From: Ranitomeya imitator
Taxonomy: Eukaryota
NCBI RefSeq assembly: GCF_032444005.1
Contig: NC_091288.1
Coordinates: 40,920,001-40,984,000, forward strand
Length of the DNA: 64,000 nucleotides
Reading direction: 5' to 3'
Below, one piece after another: positions 38,101-51,148 of the stretch. A program made the translations under genes and the position numbers. The notes beneath the pieces were generated by a model. The model had not been told where the DNA came from and did not search any database. It worked only from the letters and a program-made list of their open reading frames with translations. The first letter of the stretch is position 1. Each line of letters opens with the position of its first letter.

Positions 38101-39208
38101 CTACTGCCCCCAGCAGAGCCGTCCCGAGGGACTACTGCCCCCAGCAGAGCCGTCCCGAGGGACTACTGCCCCCAGCAGAGCCGTCCCGAGGGACTACTGC
38201 CCCCAGCAGAGCCGTCCCGAGGGACTACTGCCCCCAGCAGAGCCGTCCCGAGGGACTACTGCCCCCAGCAGAGCCGTCCCGAGGGACTACTGCCCCCAGC
38301 AGAGCCGTCCCGAGGGACTACTGCCCCCAGCAGAGCCGTCCCGAGGGACTACTGCCCCCAGCAGAGCCGTCCCGAGGGACTACTGCCCCCAGCAGAGCCG
38401 TCCCGAGGGACTACTGCCCCCAGCAGAGCCGTCCCGAGGGACTACTGCCCCCAGCAGAGCCGTCCCGAGGGACTACTGCCCCCAGCAGAGCCGTCCCGAG
38501 GGGACTACTGCCCCCAGCAGAGCCGTCCCGAGGGACTACTGCCCCCAGCAGAGCCGTCCCGAGGGACTACTGCCCCCAGCAGAGCCGTCCCGAGGGACTA
38601 CTGCCCCCAGCAGAGCCGTCCCGAGGGACTACTGCCCCCAGCAGAGCCGTCCCGAGGGACTACTGCCCCCAGCAGAGCCGTCCCGAGGGGACTACTGCCC
38701 CCAGCAGAGCCGTCCCGAGGGACTACTGCCCCCAGCAGAGCCGTCCCGAGGGACTACCGCCCCCAGCAGAGCCGTCCCGAGGGACTACCGCCCCCAGCAG
38801 AGCCGTCCCGAGGGACTACCGCCCCCAGCAGAGCCGTCCCGAGGGACCACCGCCCCCAGCAGAGCCGTCCCGAGGGACCACCGCCCCCAGCAGAGCCGTC
38901 CCGAGGGACCACCGCCCCCAGCAGAGCCGTCCCGAGGGACCACCGCCCCCAGCAGAGCCGTCCCGAGGGACCACCGCCCCCAGCAGAGCCGTCCCGAGGG
39001 ACCACCGCCCCCAGCAGAGCCGTCCCGAGGGACCACCGCCCCCAGCAGAGCCGTCCCGAGGGACCACCGCCCCCAGCAGAGCCGTCCCGAGGGACCACCG
39101 CCCCCAGCAGAGCCGTCCCGAGGGACCACCGCCCCCAGCAGAGCCGTCCCGAGGGACCACCGCCCCCAGCAGAGCCGTCCCGAGGGACCACCCCGCCCCA
39201 GCAGAGCC
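35128..39208. repeat. 31-bp minisatellite GGGACTACTGCCCCCAGCAGAGCCGTCCCGA, about 130 copies
   Basis: Directly visible; starts 10 nt after the UBR3 exon 1 donor. Copy number estimated from length divided by unit. Confidence 0.98.
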
Positions 39209-40730
39209 AGCGTCAGAGCAGCCCCCTTGGTACCAGTGCCCCCCGTCAGAGCTGCCTCCATGGTGCTGCTGCCCGCCTCTCCCACAGCAGAGCCATCCAA
39301 TAATGCAGCTGCACCATCAGCTGTGAGCCCCCTGACCACCCCTGGGATCACCTTGAAATGTTTGGGGTGGTCCTGTTGCTGATCTCGATCGATCCTACAT
39401 TATTCTGGTGCCGACCCGCAGACGACTTTGTGCATCTTATTAGTGGGCTGTAGTCGGCCTGTAGGGCGGCGCTCACACGGCAGGATGGATTTTGGGGTTT
39501 TTTATGATCAGTTTGGGAGCATAAGTGTAACTAGAACGTTCCGTCCGGCTCTGTGCACATGTGCGGTTCTGATCCACTTGTAATGGATCCAGTATTAAAG
39601 GGATCCTGTCAGCAGGTATTTAGATCCTCAGCTAGGGTCCCCTGTGTAAAGAGCCTGTACTGCAGATGGCGTCCGCACCTCTGGACTGCAAGTCTGTGCC
39701 TTCATTTTATAGAAATCAGTCTGCATGTTTTTATGGAAATGAGCCACAAGTGCAGGGGGGTGTGGCCTGCACTTACAGCTCTCCGGCCTCTCCTCCGTCC
39801 TTCTCACACCACCGGCCTCCTGTCTGTGACCGAGGGAGAGGCCGGAGAACTACAAGTGGAGGCCAGCCAGGAAAATCTGCAGCATCAATAACCCCCAAAT
39901 ACTCATCATAGAAAACCTGATGCTCCTGAAAGAGCGTGGTTGGATAAAGTGTTATCTGAGCATGCTCGGGTGCTAATAGTGTCTTCGTGGGATTTGAACA
40001 TATTTTTCGAGCACTCTGCAGACACTCGGTTAGCCCCCGAGCATGCTCAGATAACACTTTATCCCAGCACGTCCACTCATCACTAGTCCTAAAGTCTCAA
40101 AAAAGGGGTCTTCCATTTGCCTCCATTTCATCTGCTTTTTTTTTGTTTTGGACAGAGCAAATAAATGTCTGCAAGCGTTTTTTTTAATTCTGTTCCAAAA
40201 ATCACAGCAGTGTGAATGGACGCTAATGTGTTTTTTTTTTTTTTTCCCTTTTCCCTTACATTGAAGTCTGTGGAAAAAGGATCATAAATGGCTAAACGTT
40301 GCGTCACCAGTCATATTGTTCACGTCACCTTGGAATCTGTTCAATTTGAAAGGGATCCAGTAGAAAAAAAAATTAAAGGGATTGTCCACTATTCAGACAT
40401 CACCTTCTCAATCACAGTTTTTTTTCTCCAATAAAATGATGCTGCTTATTCCCGTCTCCGATACTGGCAGCGTTCCAGCATTGTCAGCACCAGCTCTTCC
40501 GGGGATCGGGTGACATTATGTACCGCAATCCCTGAGGGCGCTTCACTGTCCCCCCTGACATTGGGCGGGAGCCACCACAGCTTTCACTTTCTCCGGATGT
40601 CAATTGCGTCCAAAGGAGGGGACATTGAATCCGGCAATGATCGCTCACAGTGATCGCATGACATAAGTGTGATGCGATCTCCGGGAGAGCGAGGGCTGAC
40701 GTTGCTGGAACCAGAGATTATTATTTATCT

Positions 40731-40731
<1 letters not shown>

Positions 40732-40765
<34 letters not shown>
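40732..40765. repeat. Poly-G run (34 nt)
   Basis: Directly visible. Confidence 0.9.
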
Positions 40766-40766
<1 letters not shown>

Positions 40767-41159
40767 ATATAGTGATTGAAAAAGGGAACGACCCCTTTAA
40801 AAAATGTAAAAATTGGTTTGTATCTATTTGCATTTTTGAATGGACCTGTTATTGCTACAATCGTCTCTGGACTCCTGTAGTTTTCTGGACATGCACGATA
40901 AGAAAATGGATGATCATCCATCACAATCTTTTTTCAATGGACAATAATATTTAAAAAAAATGACTGAACTATCCTTAGAATAAATAATTAATATCAGATC
41001 GGTGGAGGTGCTATACCCGTCGCACCCGTCCATCAGCTCCAGTGACTGCTGCATGTGAACAGAGCCGAGCAGCACAGCTCCGTGCACCCTGTAGTGGCCG
41101 CTCTGAGGTACTGCAGAATTAATAAATAGCTGAGCTGCAGTTCTCGACAGCGGCTGTTA

Positions 41160-41519
41160 GGCTATGTGCACACGTAGGAAAATAGGTGCAGAATTTTCTG
41201 CACAAAATCCGCATCTCCTGGCAGAATCCGCAGCCGCAGTTTTTATGCGGAATTGATGCGGATTTTGTGCAGATTTTCAGCGGTTTTTGCCACTGCGGAA
41301 TTTTAACATGGAGGGGTGCAGAAGCGCTGCAGATCCGCACAAAAGAAGTGATATGCGCTTCTTTGAAATCCGCAGCAATTCTGCACTGATTTTTCCGTAC
41401 CATCTGCACAGCCTTTTTTTTCCCATTTAAAATAACATTGTACTGTACATCACAGTGCGGATCTGCAGCGTTTCTGCGCGGAAAAATCCGCAGCAAATCC
41501 GCATCGTGTGCACAGAGTC
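41160..41519. mobile_element. PIF/Harbinger-type MITE
   Basis: TTA|GGCTATGTGCACACG...CGTGTGCACAGAGTC|TTA. Confidence 0.8.
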
Positions 41520-41939
41520 TTAAACCTGAAGAGCTGCGCTGTTCACTGTTTCCATATGGTGGTGGTGCTTGTTTAATGACCTTTATGAGCTTCTGTTTTT
41601 GTAGTTTTAGTAGTGTAATGGCGCTTTAGGCAGCATTGCAGTCGCAGTGTTTGCATTGTTAGGTCGCTTCACTTACTTTGTGGTGTGTTGTGATTTTTTT
41701 GATATGTGATACAGCCCAGTTATGACGAGGGAGGGTTTTACAAACATGGGATGATTTAATTTTGCAACCCAAATTACATCTCGGTCACATGGCTTCGGGG
41801 GTGCGAGAAATCTAAATATAGGAGTTTTAATATGGAGCAAGACTGGTTCCCTGTCCGGATATTTTGAGTGATTGCCATCTAATGGTAAAGGGAAACTATG
41901 TCGGACATGGTGCCGCACATCACCTGCAAAGTACCGTAA

Positions 41940-42921
41940 GGCCGGTTTCACACGTCAGTGGGCTCCGGTACGTGAGGTGACAGTTTCCTCACGTACCGGA
42001 GACACTGACACACGTAGACACATAAAAATCAATGCATCTGTACAGATGTCATTGATTTTTTTGCGGACCGTGTCTCCGTGTGCCAAACACGGAGACATGT
42101 CGGGTGTTTGTGGGAGCGCACGTATTACACGGACCCATTAAAGTCAGTGGGTCCGTGTAAAACACGTACCGCACACGGACGTTGTCCGTGTGCAGTCCGT
42201 GTGCCGTGCAGGAGACAGCGCTACAGTAAGCGCTGTCCCCCCCCCCCCCACTGGTGCTGAAGCCGCGATTCATATCTTCCCTGCAGCAGTGTTTGCTGCA
42301 GAGAAGATACGAATAATAGTGTTTAAAATAAAGATATATGTGCCCCCCGCCCTCCCACCCCTGTGCGCCCCCGCTGTGACTAAAATACTCACCCAGCTCC
42401 CTCATTGGCTGTCGCTGCTTCCTGTTCTGGCCGCATCTTCTCCTGTATGCGGTCACGTGGGGCCGCTCATTTACAGTAATGAATATGCGGCTCCACCTCC
42501 CATAGGGGTGGAGCCGCATATTCATTACTGTAATCGGCGGCCCCACGTGACCGCATACAGGAGAAGATGCGGCCAGAAGAGGAAGGAAGCAGCGACAGCC
42601 AATGAGGGAGCTGGGTGAGTATTTTAATCACAGTGCGGGGGGGGGGGGGGGGGCGCACAGGGGGTGGGAGGGCGGAGGGCACATAGATCTTTATTTTAAA
42701 CACTACTATTCATATCTTCTCTACAGCAAACACTGCTGCAGGGAAGATATGAATCGCTGGCTTCAGCACCAGATGCTGATACGTGTGGTACCCAGTGGGC
42801 ACACGGGCGGCGCACGTATGCCACACTGATGTGCCACAGAAACGTAGGGGCACACGGATAATTCCGGTACCGATTTTTTTTTTTTCCGGTACTGAAATTA
42901 TCTGGACGTGTGAAACCGGCC
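41940..42921. mobile_element. PIF/Harbinger-type non-autonomous element with long internal palindrome
   Basis: TAA|GGCCGGTTTCACACGT...ACGTGTGAAACCGGCC|TAA; internal hairpin centred near 42503. Confidence 0.88.
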
Positions 42922-43357
42922 TAACTCAGAGTTTTGGAGTCTTAGGCCGGCTTCACACTTGCGAGTTTTACGGACGTAAGAGCGCAGAAACTACGTCCGT
43001 AAAACTCGCAAAAAATACGGCACAATTATTCTCTATGCCCCTGCTCCTATCTGCCGTATTTTACTGATCAGTATTATAAGGCTTTCTACGGCCGTACAAA
43101 ATCACAGCATGCTGCGTTTGTCACCGTACTGCGCAAGAAATACGCCAATGAAAGTCTATGGAAGCGTGAAAAATACGGATTACACACGGACAAGCAGTGT
43201 GACTTGCGAGAATACGCAGCGCTGTTAGAGAGAAAAGCCGGCAATTCAGTGCGGTGTACAGTAAAATCACACTGACAGCTTACAGTCCAATAGGTAGAAT
43301 AAATGTGTACACATAGAATAGGTATATATATATATATATGTCAGTGAGACACATATA

Positions 43358-44964
43358 CAGTGGGGCAAAAAAGTATTTAGTCAGTCAGCAATAGTGCAAG
43401 TTCCACCACTTAACAAGATGAGAGGCATCTGTAATTTACATCATAGGTAGACCTCAACTATGGGAGACAAACTGAGAAAAAAAAATCCAGAAAATCACAT
43501 TGTCTGTTTTTTTAACATTTTATTTGCATATTATGGTGGAAAATAAGTATTTGGTCAGAAACAAAATTTCATCTCAATACTTTGTAATATATCCTTTGTT
43601 GGCAATGACAGAGGTCAAACGTTTTCTGTAAGCCTTCACAAGGTTGCCACACACTGTTGTTGGTATGTTGGCCCATTCCTCCATGCAGATCTCCTCTAGA
43701 GCAGTGATGTTTTTGGCTTTTCGCTTGGCAACACGGACTTTCAACTCCCTCCAAAGGTTTTCTATAGGGTTGAGATCTGGAGACTGGCTAGGCCACTCCA
43801 GGATCTTGAAATGCTTCTTACGAAGCCACTCCTTCGTTGCCCTGGCGGTGTGCTTTGGATCATTGTCATGTTGAAAGACCCAGCCACGTTTCATCTTCAA
43901 TGCCCTTGCTGATGGAAGGAGGTTTGCACTCAAAATCTCACGATACATGGCACCATTCATTCTTTCATGTACCCGGATCAGTCATCCTGGCCCCTTTGCA
44001 GAGAAACAGCCCCAAAGCATGATGTTTCCACCACCATGCTTTACAGTAGGTATTGTGTTTGATGGATGCAACTCAGTATTCTTTTTCCTCCAAACACGAC
44101 AAGTTGTGTTTCTACCAAACAGTTCCAGTTTGGTTTCATCAGACCATAGGACATTCTCCCAAAACTCCTCTGGATCATCCAAATGCTCTCTAGCAAACTT
44201 CAGACGGGCCCGGACATGTACTGGCTTAAGCAGTGGGACACGTCTGGCATTGCAGGATCTGAGTCCATGGTGGCGTAGTGTGTTACTTATGGTAGGCCTT
44301 GTTACATTGGTCCCAGCTCTCTGCAGTTCATTCACTAGGTCCCCCCGCGTGGTTCTGGGATTTTTGCTCACCGTTCTTGTGATCATTCTGACCCCACGGG
44401 GTGGGATTTTGCGTGGAGTCCCAGATCGAGGGAGATTATCAGTGGTCTTGTATGTCTTCCATTTTCTAATTATTGCTCCCACTGTTGATTTCTTCACTCC
44501 AAGCTGGTTGGCTATTGCAGATTCAGTCTTCCCAGCCTGGTGCAGGGCTACAATTTTGTTTCTGGTGTCCTTTGACAGCTCTTTGGTCTTGACCATAGTG
44601 GAGTTTGGAGTCAGACTGTTTGAGGGTGTGCACAGGTGTCTTTTTATACTGATAACAAGTTTAAACAGGTGCCATTACTACAGGTAATGAGTGGAGGAAA
44701 GAGGAGACTCTTAAAGAAGAAGTTACAGGTCTGTGAGAGCCAGAAATCTTGATTGTTTGTTTCTGACCAAATACTTATTTTCCACCATAATATGCAAAAA
44801 AATGATAAAAAAAACAGACAATGTAATTTTCTGGATTTTTTTTTTCTCAGTTTGTCTCCCATAGTTGAGGTCTACCTATGATGTAAATTACAGACGCCTC
44901 TCATCTTTTTAAGTGGTGGAACTTGCACTATTGCTGACTGACTAAATACTTTTTTGCCCCACTG
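43358..44964 (-). mobile_element. Full-length Tc1-family transposon (1607 bp)
   Basis: TA|CAGTGGGGCAAAAAAGTATTTAG...CTAAATACTTTTTTGCCCCACTG|TA; TIRs of about 210 bp; inserted in a TA-rich microsatellite. Confidence 0.97.
43574..44596 (-). pseudogene. Tc1 transposase (DD34E) with a single in-frame nonsense codon
   Basis: [10 protein letters not shown]...WSDETK...[22 protein letters not shown]...FQHDNDPKH...SPDLNPIE...GYITKY. The two ORFs in the track are in the same frame, separated only by TGA at 43982-43984. Confidence 0.93.
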
Positions 44965-44991
44965 TATGTATATATATTAATATTTATTCCA

Positions 44992-46774
44992 GCGCTATAC
45001 AGCTTGAAAGCCAGTAATTCAATTACCGGCTTTTTCTTTCTCCTTCCTAAAACCCGACATGATTTGAGACATGGTTTACATACAGTAAACCAGGTCTTCT
45101 CTCCATTTTTTTTGCAGATTCCACACTACTAATGTCAGTAGTGTGTATCTGCAAAATTTGGCCGTTCTAGCTCTTAAAATAAAGGGTTAAATGGCGGAAA
45201 AAATTGGCGTGGGCTCCCGCGCAATTTTCTCCGCCAGAGTAGTAAAGCCAGTGACTGAGGGCAGATATTAATAGCCTGGAGAGGGTCCACGGTTATTGGC
45301 CCCCCCTGGCTAAAAACACCTGCCCCCAGCCACCCCAGAAAAGGCACATCTGGAAGATGCGCCTATTCTGGCACTTGGCCACTCTCTTCCCATTCCCGTG
45401 TAGCGGTGGGATATGGGGTAATGAAGGGTTAATGCCACCTTGCTATTGTAAGGTGACGTTAAGCCTAATTAATAATGGACAGGCGTCAATTATGACACCT
45501 ATCCATTATTAATCCAATTGTAGTAAAGGGTTAAATAAAACACAAACACATTATTTAAAATTATTTTAATGAAATAAAAACAATGGTGGTTGGAGTATTT
45601 TATTCTACGCCCAATCCAGTCACTGAAGACCCTCGTTCTGTGAAAGAAAAAACATAATAAACCAACAATATACTTACCCTCCGCAGATCTGTAACGTCCA
45701 ACGATGTAAATCCTTCTGAAGGGGTTAAAACATTTTGCAGCAAGGAGCTTTGCTAATGCAATGCTACTCCTGCAAAACCCCGGGGAATGTGTCTAAATAT
45801 AGATCAATGATCTATATTTAGCTTCATTTGCGGTGAGGCGCCCTCTGCTGGCTGTTCATAGATCGTGGGAACTTTCCTAGAAAGCTCCCACGATCTATGG
45901 ACATCCAGCAGAGGGCACCTCACCTTCACCGCAAATGAAGCTAAATATAGCTCATTGATCTATATTTAGACTCATTCCCCGGGGTTTTGCAGGGAGGAGC
46001 AGCCTGCATTAGCAAAGCTCCTTGCTGCAAAATGTTTTAACCCCTTCAGAAGGATTTACATCGTTGGACGTTACAGATCTGCGGAGGGTAAGTATATTGT
46101 TGGTTTATTATGTTTTTTCTTTCACAGAACGAGGGTCTTCAGTGACTGGATTGGGCGTAGAATAAAATACTCCAACAACCATTGTTTTTATTTCATTAAA
46201 ATAATTTTAAATAATGTGTTTGTGTTTTATTTAACCCTTTACTACAATTGGATTAATAATGGATAGGTGTCATAATTGACGCCTCTCCATTATTAATTAG
46301 GCTTAATGTCACCTTACAATAGCAAGGTGGCATTAACCCTTCATTACCCCATATCCCACCGCTACACGGGAATGGGAAGAGAGTGGCCAAGTGCCAGAAT
46401 AGGCGCATCTTCCAGATGTGCCTTTTCTGGGGTGGCTGGGGGCAGATATTTTTAGCCAGGGGGGGGGGCAATAACCGTGGACCCTCTCCAGGCTATTAAT
46501 ATCTGCCCTCAGTCACTGGCTTTACTACTCTGGCGGAGAAAATTGCGCGGGAGCCCACGCCAATTTTTTCCGCCATTTAACCCTTTATTTTAAGAGCTAG
46601 AACGGCCAAATTTTGCAGATACACACTACTGACATTAGTAGTGTGGAATCTGCAAAAAAAATGGAGAGAAGACCTGGTTTACTGTATGTAAACCATGTCT
46701 CAAATCATGTCAGGTTTAGGAAGGAGAAAGAAAAAGCCGGTAATTGAATTACCGGCTTTCAAGCTGTATAGCGC
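44992..46774. repeat. Near-perfect 1.8-kb palindrome (arms about 890 bp, essentially no spacer)
   Basis: GCGCTATACAGCTTGAAAGCC... is mirrored by ...GGCTTTCAAGCTGTATAGCGC; centre CTAG at 45877-45880. Confidence 0.95.
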
Positions 46775-46951
46775 NNNNNNNNNNNNNNNNNNNNNNNNNN
46801 NNNNNNNNNNNNNNNNNNNNNNNNNNNNNNNNNNNNNNNNNNNNNNNNNNNNNNNNNNNNNNNNNNNNNNNNNNNNNNNNNNNNNNNNNNNNNNNNNNNN
46901 NNNNNNNNNNNNNNNNNNNNNNNNNNNNNNNNNNNNNNNNNNNNNNNNNNN
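46775..46951. other. Assembly gap (N run)
   Basis: 177 N bases directly after the palindrome. Confidence 1.
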
Positions 46952-49900
46952 TTTGCAAGCCTGCGAGAAAACCACGCAGTACGGATGCCATACGGATTAC
47001 ATACGGAGGATGCCATGCGCAAAAAACGCTGACACACCCTGCCTACGGAGGAGCTACGGACCACTATTTTCGGGACATTTCAGCGTATTACGGCCGTAAT
47101 ATACGGACCGTATTTTCATACGCTGAGTGTGAAGCCGGCCTTAGAATCCACAACACTGGGATTTGACTTCAGCTTTGTTTCTCCATGTTCTACTTATTGG
47201 CGAAAATAAAGTCAAGAATGTTGAGGATGTAAAGAAAGTACCGTAATTAAAGAGTAACCTGAATGTATCCTCATCATATCTGCAACATGGACACTCATTC
47301 TCAGGTTAAGTTCCCAGAATGAGAATTTGCTTTTTTTTTTAGTTTTTTTTGTGTTTTTTTTTTTTCCGTCGCTGTTCTTCTTGGCATGTCATATTTTAAA
47401 TGAAATAATTTTTTTGGGAGTTCTTCTTTAATTCACTGGGATCAAAATTTCCCGATAGTCATGTGCAGATTCCGTACGTTACCGCTGCGGAAACTCAGTA
47501 AGAAAATGCAAATGTTGTTTTTTTTTTCCATCTCCTTCAATTCCATGGGGAACATCTGCAATTAATAAATCCCATGTTTACTGCAAGAAAAATTGACATG
47601 TTGCACATTTACAAAAACAAAAAACAAAACAAACCCAGCACTGTGAGTATGAGATTTTTCGAAATGTTTTTTTCTGTGGAACTACAAAATGCTCTGTTTC
47701 TTGCACATGGAAATATGCAACTGGAAAAAAAAAAAAAATGCACCAAATGCTCATCGTGGGAACGTAGCCTGCGGGCTAGGGTGAGCGTTACTGATGACTT
47801 GATAATAAGGAGCGATTGTTGATCCTGTGATCTCGGCTGTTTGGCCCCTTGGACGCTGCCGACTGCGGCATCTATATACTTATATAAAAGTGGCAATGTA
47901 TGTAATTGCAACCTAGCAAATGTGGAAGAGCAAAAACCCTAAAAATGTTGATAGAATTTCTTTTTGTTAATATTTTTCTGTATGTTTTCTTAAAATAGCG
48001 CAGAAAAAAACTTTACAGCACGTCCTGCAAATGCAAAAAACAAAACAAAACTCAATAGGTTGTATCAAAAGGACAAAAAATTAGCTTTCAAAATGCTGGG
48101 AGGAAGAAAAATAAATTGCTTGATCATTGCAGTTATCTGATGTTTGCAGCTCAGGGGTGCGCTCCACCCCTCTGCCTCCCGACTTCGTGCTTGCCCCCCG
48201 GGGGTGGTGCGGTCCTGATTGTTGGCCCGTACCGCGCACTTTCCGATTCTGCTATTTCTGCAGCATTAGGGAGCGCAGGATCACGGACGCTGGCAGAGTG
48301 CAGCAAGCCGACCAGCTAAGGAGCAGCGCTTACAAGCAAGCTCTATAGCAAAGAGCTTGTAACACCGCGCTTCTCGCTTGGCAGATAACTGATAGACTGC
48401 AGCGGTGGCTGGGAACTTCGGCAAAGAGCAACAAACTGTGGAATAAACGGTTTGCTCCGTTTTGATCACGGAGAGCAGTTTTAATAAGCGGTGAATGCAC
48501 ACTTTGCAATATTTCCATGTTTTATGCAATGAGAATAACCTTTCAGAAGGAATCTGCCCGCTACAGAAGTGATCTGCAGGTAAACCGCGTTTTATCCATG
48601 TTTTGCTGTGTAACTGGAGCAGCGTCTAATAATAAGGGCCTGTAATTCGGACTAGTGCATTCCCATAAAAAAATCGCATTGCACTCTGACTGTTATCGAA
48701 TGACTCCGTGCTCATGGTGCGAGTGGCCGCGTATATTGGACGAGATTCAGCAATGTAAGTCAGTGGGTGCGAAAAAAAAATGATGCACGAAACACAGTAA
48801 TGCGTATGCCGTCCGATTTTTATGCAGCCATTAAATAGGAAACCCGACATTACATCAGCTAAATAGAGTAAATTCACAGCCCGAACTGTCAGAATACATA
48901 GAAATATATCGGTGAGATAGATAATTAGTGCAGTGCGGATGTATGGTAGTTTTTTTTTGTACCTGTAGCTAATAATTAAATTTAATGAAAAAACAAAAAC
49001 CAAACGGTGTGGGGTCCCCCTTATTTTAACCAACTGAGGTAAATCAGACAGCTGGGGGTCGGTGTTAACAGTATGAGAAGGGGCCACTATCCATGCATCT
49101 TCCCATCTTATTAATGAAAAACTAAAAAAAACTATTTTTACTTAATATTTTCCTGGATACGCGTCCTTTTGTATTTCTATTGATACTTGCTGTTTTTATT
49201 ATCCCGTATATTTTCCCGCTACCGTACTACTCACTGTAATATTATATGGATTGAAAAAACTTATATTTTAGTGGACTATCTGGTCGGTTGCGCTTTTTTT
49301 AGTTTTTGGTTGTCTTTTTATCCGACTGTCCACGTATGTTTCTATTTGTCCTTTCTCACGGGTACTAAATACTTTTAACCCCTTAATGACAGCCAATACG
49401 TCTTTTAACTGACCTGAGATATAAGAGAATAGCCTCCCCATACATTGTGACAATCCCGCAGCTGTCGGCTGTCCACTATAGCTGACAACTTTCTGCATCA
49501 GCCACGGTCAGTGTTTGCACCGTCCATATCTGTTTAACCCCTTAGATGCTGCTGTCAATAGTGACTACATCAATATAAATGGTTAACAGAGTGTGGGGGC
49601 TTCCTATTTATCCCAATTGTTGCCCTCAGATCATGATTGTGTGGTCCTGATGTTTGCCGTGGCAATTCATGACTAAATAGCGGCCTAAGGGAATATTTCC
49701 ACGTGCAGGAAATGCTGCGTGTTTGACGCTGCATAGAGACGCAGCGTCAAACACGCAGCGTCCAGATGTTACAGCATAGTGGAGGGGATTTAATGAAATC
49801 CCGTCTCCACTATGCGTGGTAACACGCATGTGGCGGCCCTGCGACTCTGGACATGCGGCGCGTCTTTTAAGATCGCAGCATGTCCGTGTACCTTGCGGCG

Positions 49901-50811
49901 CCGCAAGTTATAACACAGGGCCCTATGCATGGGATGCTATGAGCACATCCGGCATCATCGTGTCCCAGAAGGGGGCGGAGCTTAGTGCAGAGCGGGTTTG
50001 CCGCTCCGACTAAACCGCCGGCCATCCTGAAGGTGGACACATACCCGAGTCTGCCGGCTGTTGTAATCTGTTCAGAAGTTAGAGGCATTTAGGTGGTAAA
50101 AATACACATTTTCATTTCTGTCATACCACTTTGCATTAATTCTTGAAAAGCACCTGAAGGGTTGATAAACTCCCTGACAGTTGATGTGGGGTTCCCCCTG
50201 TTTTTAATAAGCAGTAAAGGCTAAGTAGACAGCTGTGAGATGATATTAATAGGCTGGCAAGGGGCCATGGATCTACTAATAACCAGCCGCCCCAGGAATG
50301 GGGTTAGCAATGGAAAGGCGTCTGTCAGGCAGCCCCATTACTAACCCCGTAGGGCACACGCACGCACGCACACTCTTTTATTGTAAAAAGCACTCTCCGA
50401 CTCATTTATTACTAAAAAAGAGATCAATAAGGGTTCACCGTAAATCCATAATGAGGAGGTCCTACGACAATCCCCCGCCTCTGCTACATCTGGAGGCGGT
50501 GATGAGCAGTGACATCAGTAATGTGACCACTCGGCACTACTCAGCCATGAAGGTTACCACAGGTCACAGCCGGCGGTTTTCATGGTAAACTCTGTCATCT
50601 ACAAGCTGTGAACTGCTTTACCCTTACTAATGTCAGCCCTCGCAGCTGTCTGCTTTCCCTTAGCTGCTTATTAAAAATAAGGGGGACTCCATGCCATTTT
50701 TTTTTCTTTTATTTATTAGCTAAAAACAAGTACAGAAAAATACACACGCAAAGCACTGATTATATGTGTCTGTATAAAGAATAGTTTTATTAGTAAACTA
50801 GCTTGCAATAA

Positions 50812-51148
50812 GGCTAGGTTCACATTGCGTTAGTGCAATCCGTTTAGCGCATACGCTAACGGAATGCGCTAACGCAATGTACAAGAAGGGATTGCGTTTA
50901 GCGATCCCGCTAGCGCAGATGCCCGATCTGCGCTAGCGAGAAACGGACCTCGGACGCTGCAAGCAGCTTTCGAGGTCCTTCAGAAAATAACGGGACATCG
51001 CTAACGCATGCCAAAAATGGCATACGTTAGCGATGCGTTAGATACATTGGGGTCAATGGGTGCGCTAACGGATCCGTTACATAGCATTAACTGCGCCATG
51101 TAACGGATTCCGTCAGCGGACACCCACTAACGCAATGTGAACCTAGCC
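50812..51148. mobile_element. PIF/Harbinger-type MITE
   Basis: TAA|GGCTAGGTTCACATTGCG...CGCAATGTGAACCTAGCC|TAA. Confidence 0.9.

Larger units (their letters stand above)
42945..47140. mobile_element. Large composite PIF/Harbinger-type non-autonomous element (contains a Tc1, a 1.8-kb palindrome and a gap)
   Basis: TTA|GGCCGGCTTCACACT ... AGTGTGAAGCCGGCC|TTA. An assembly gap lies inside, so continuity is inferred from the matching TIRs and TSD. Confidence 0.75.

Noticed and set aside
35128-39208. CRISPR-like 31-bp repeat length
   Set aside because: Units are head-to-tail with no unique spacers, there are no cas genes, and the context is eukaryotic. The same applies to the 65-bp array.
34817-39382. 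1280-1520 aa ORFs downstream of or overlapping UBR3 exon 1
   Set aside because: They are translations of the 31-bp array. The true UBR3 frame hits TGA right at the donor (35119-35121), so intron retention would not give a repeat fusion protein.
46695-47166. ORFs spanning N runs (also 8181-8580)
   Set aside because: Artefacts of translating through assembly gaps.
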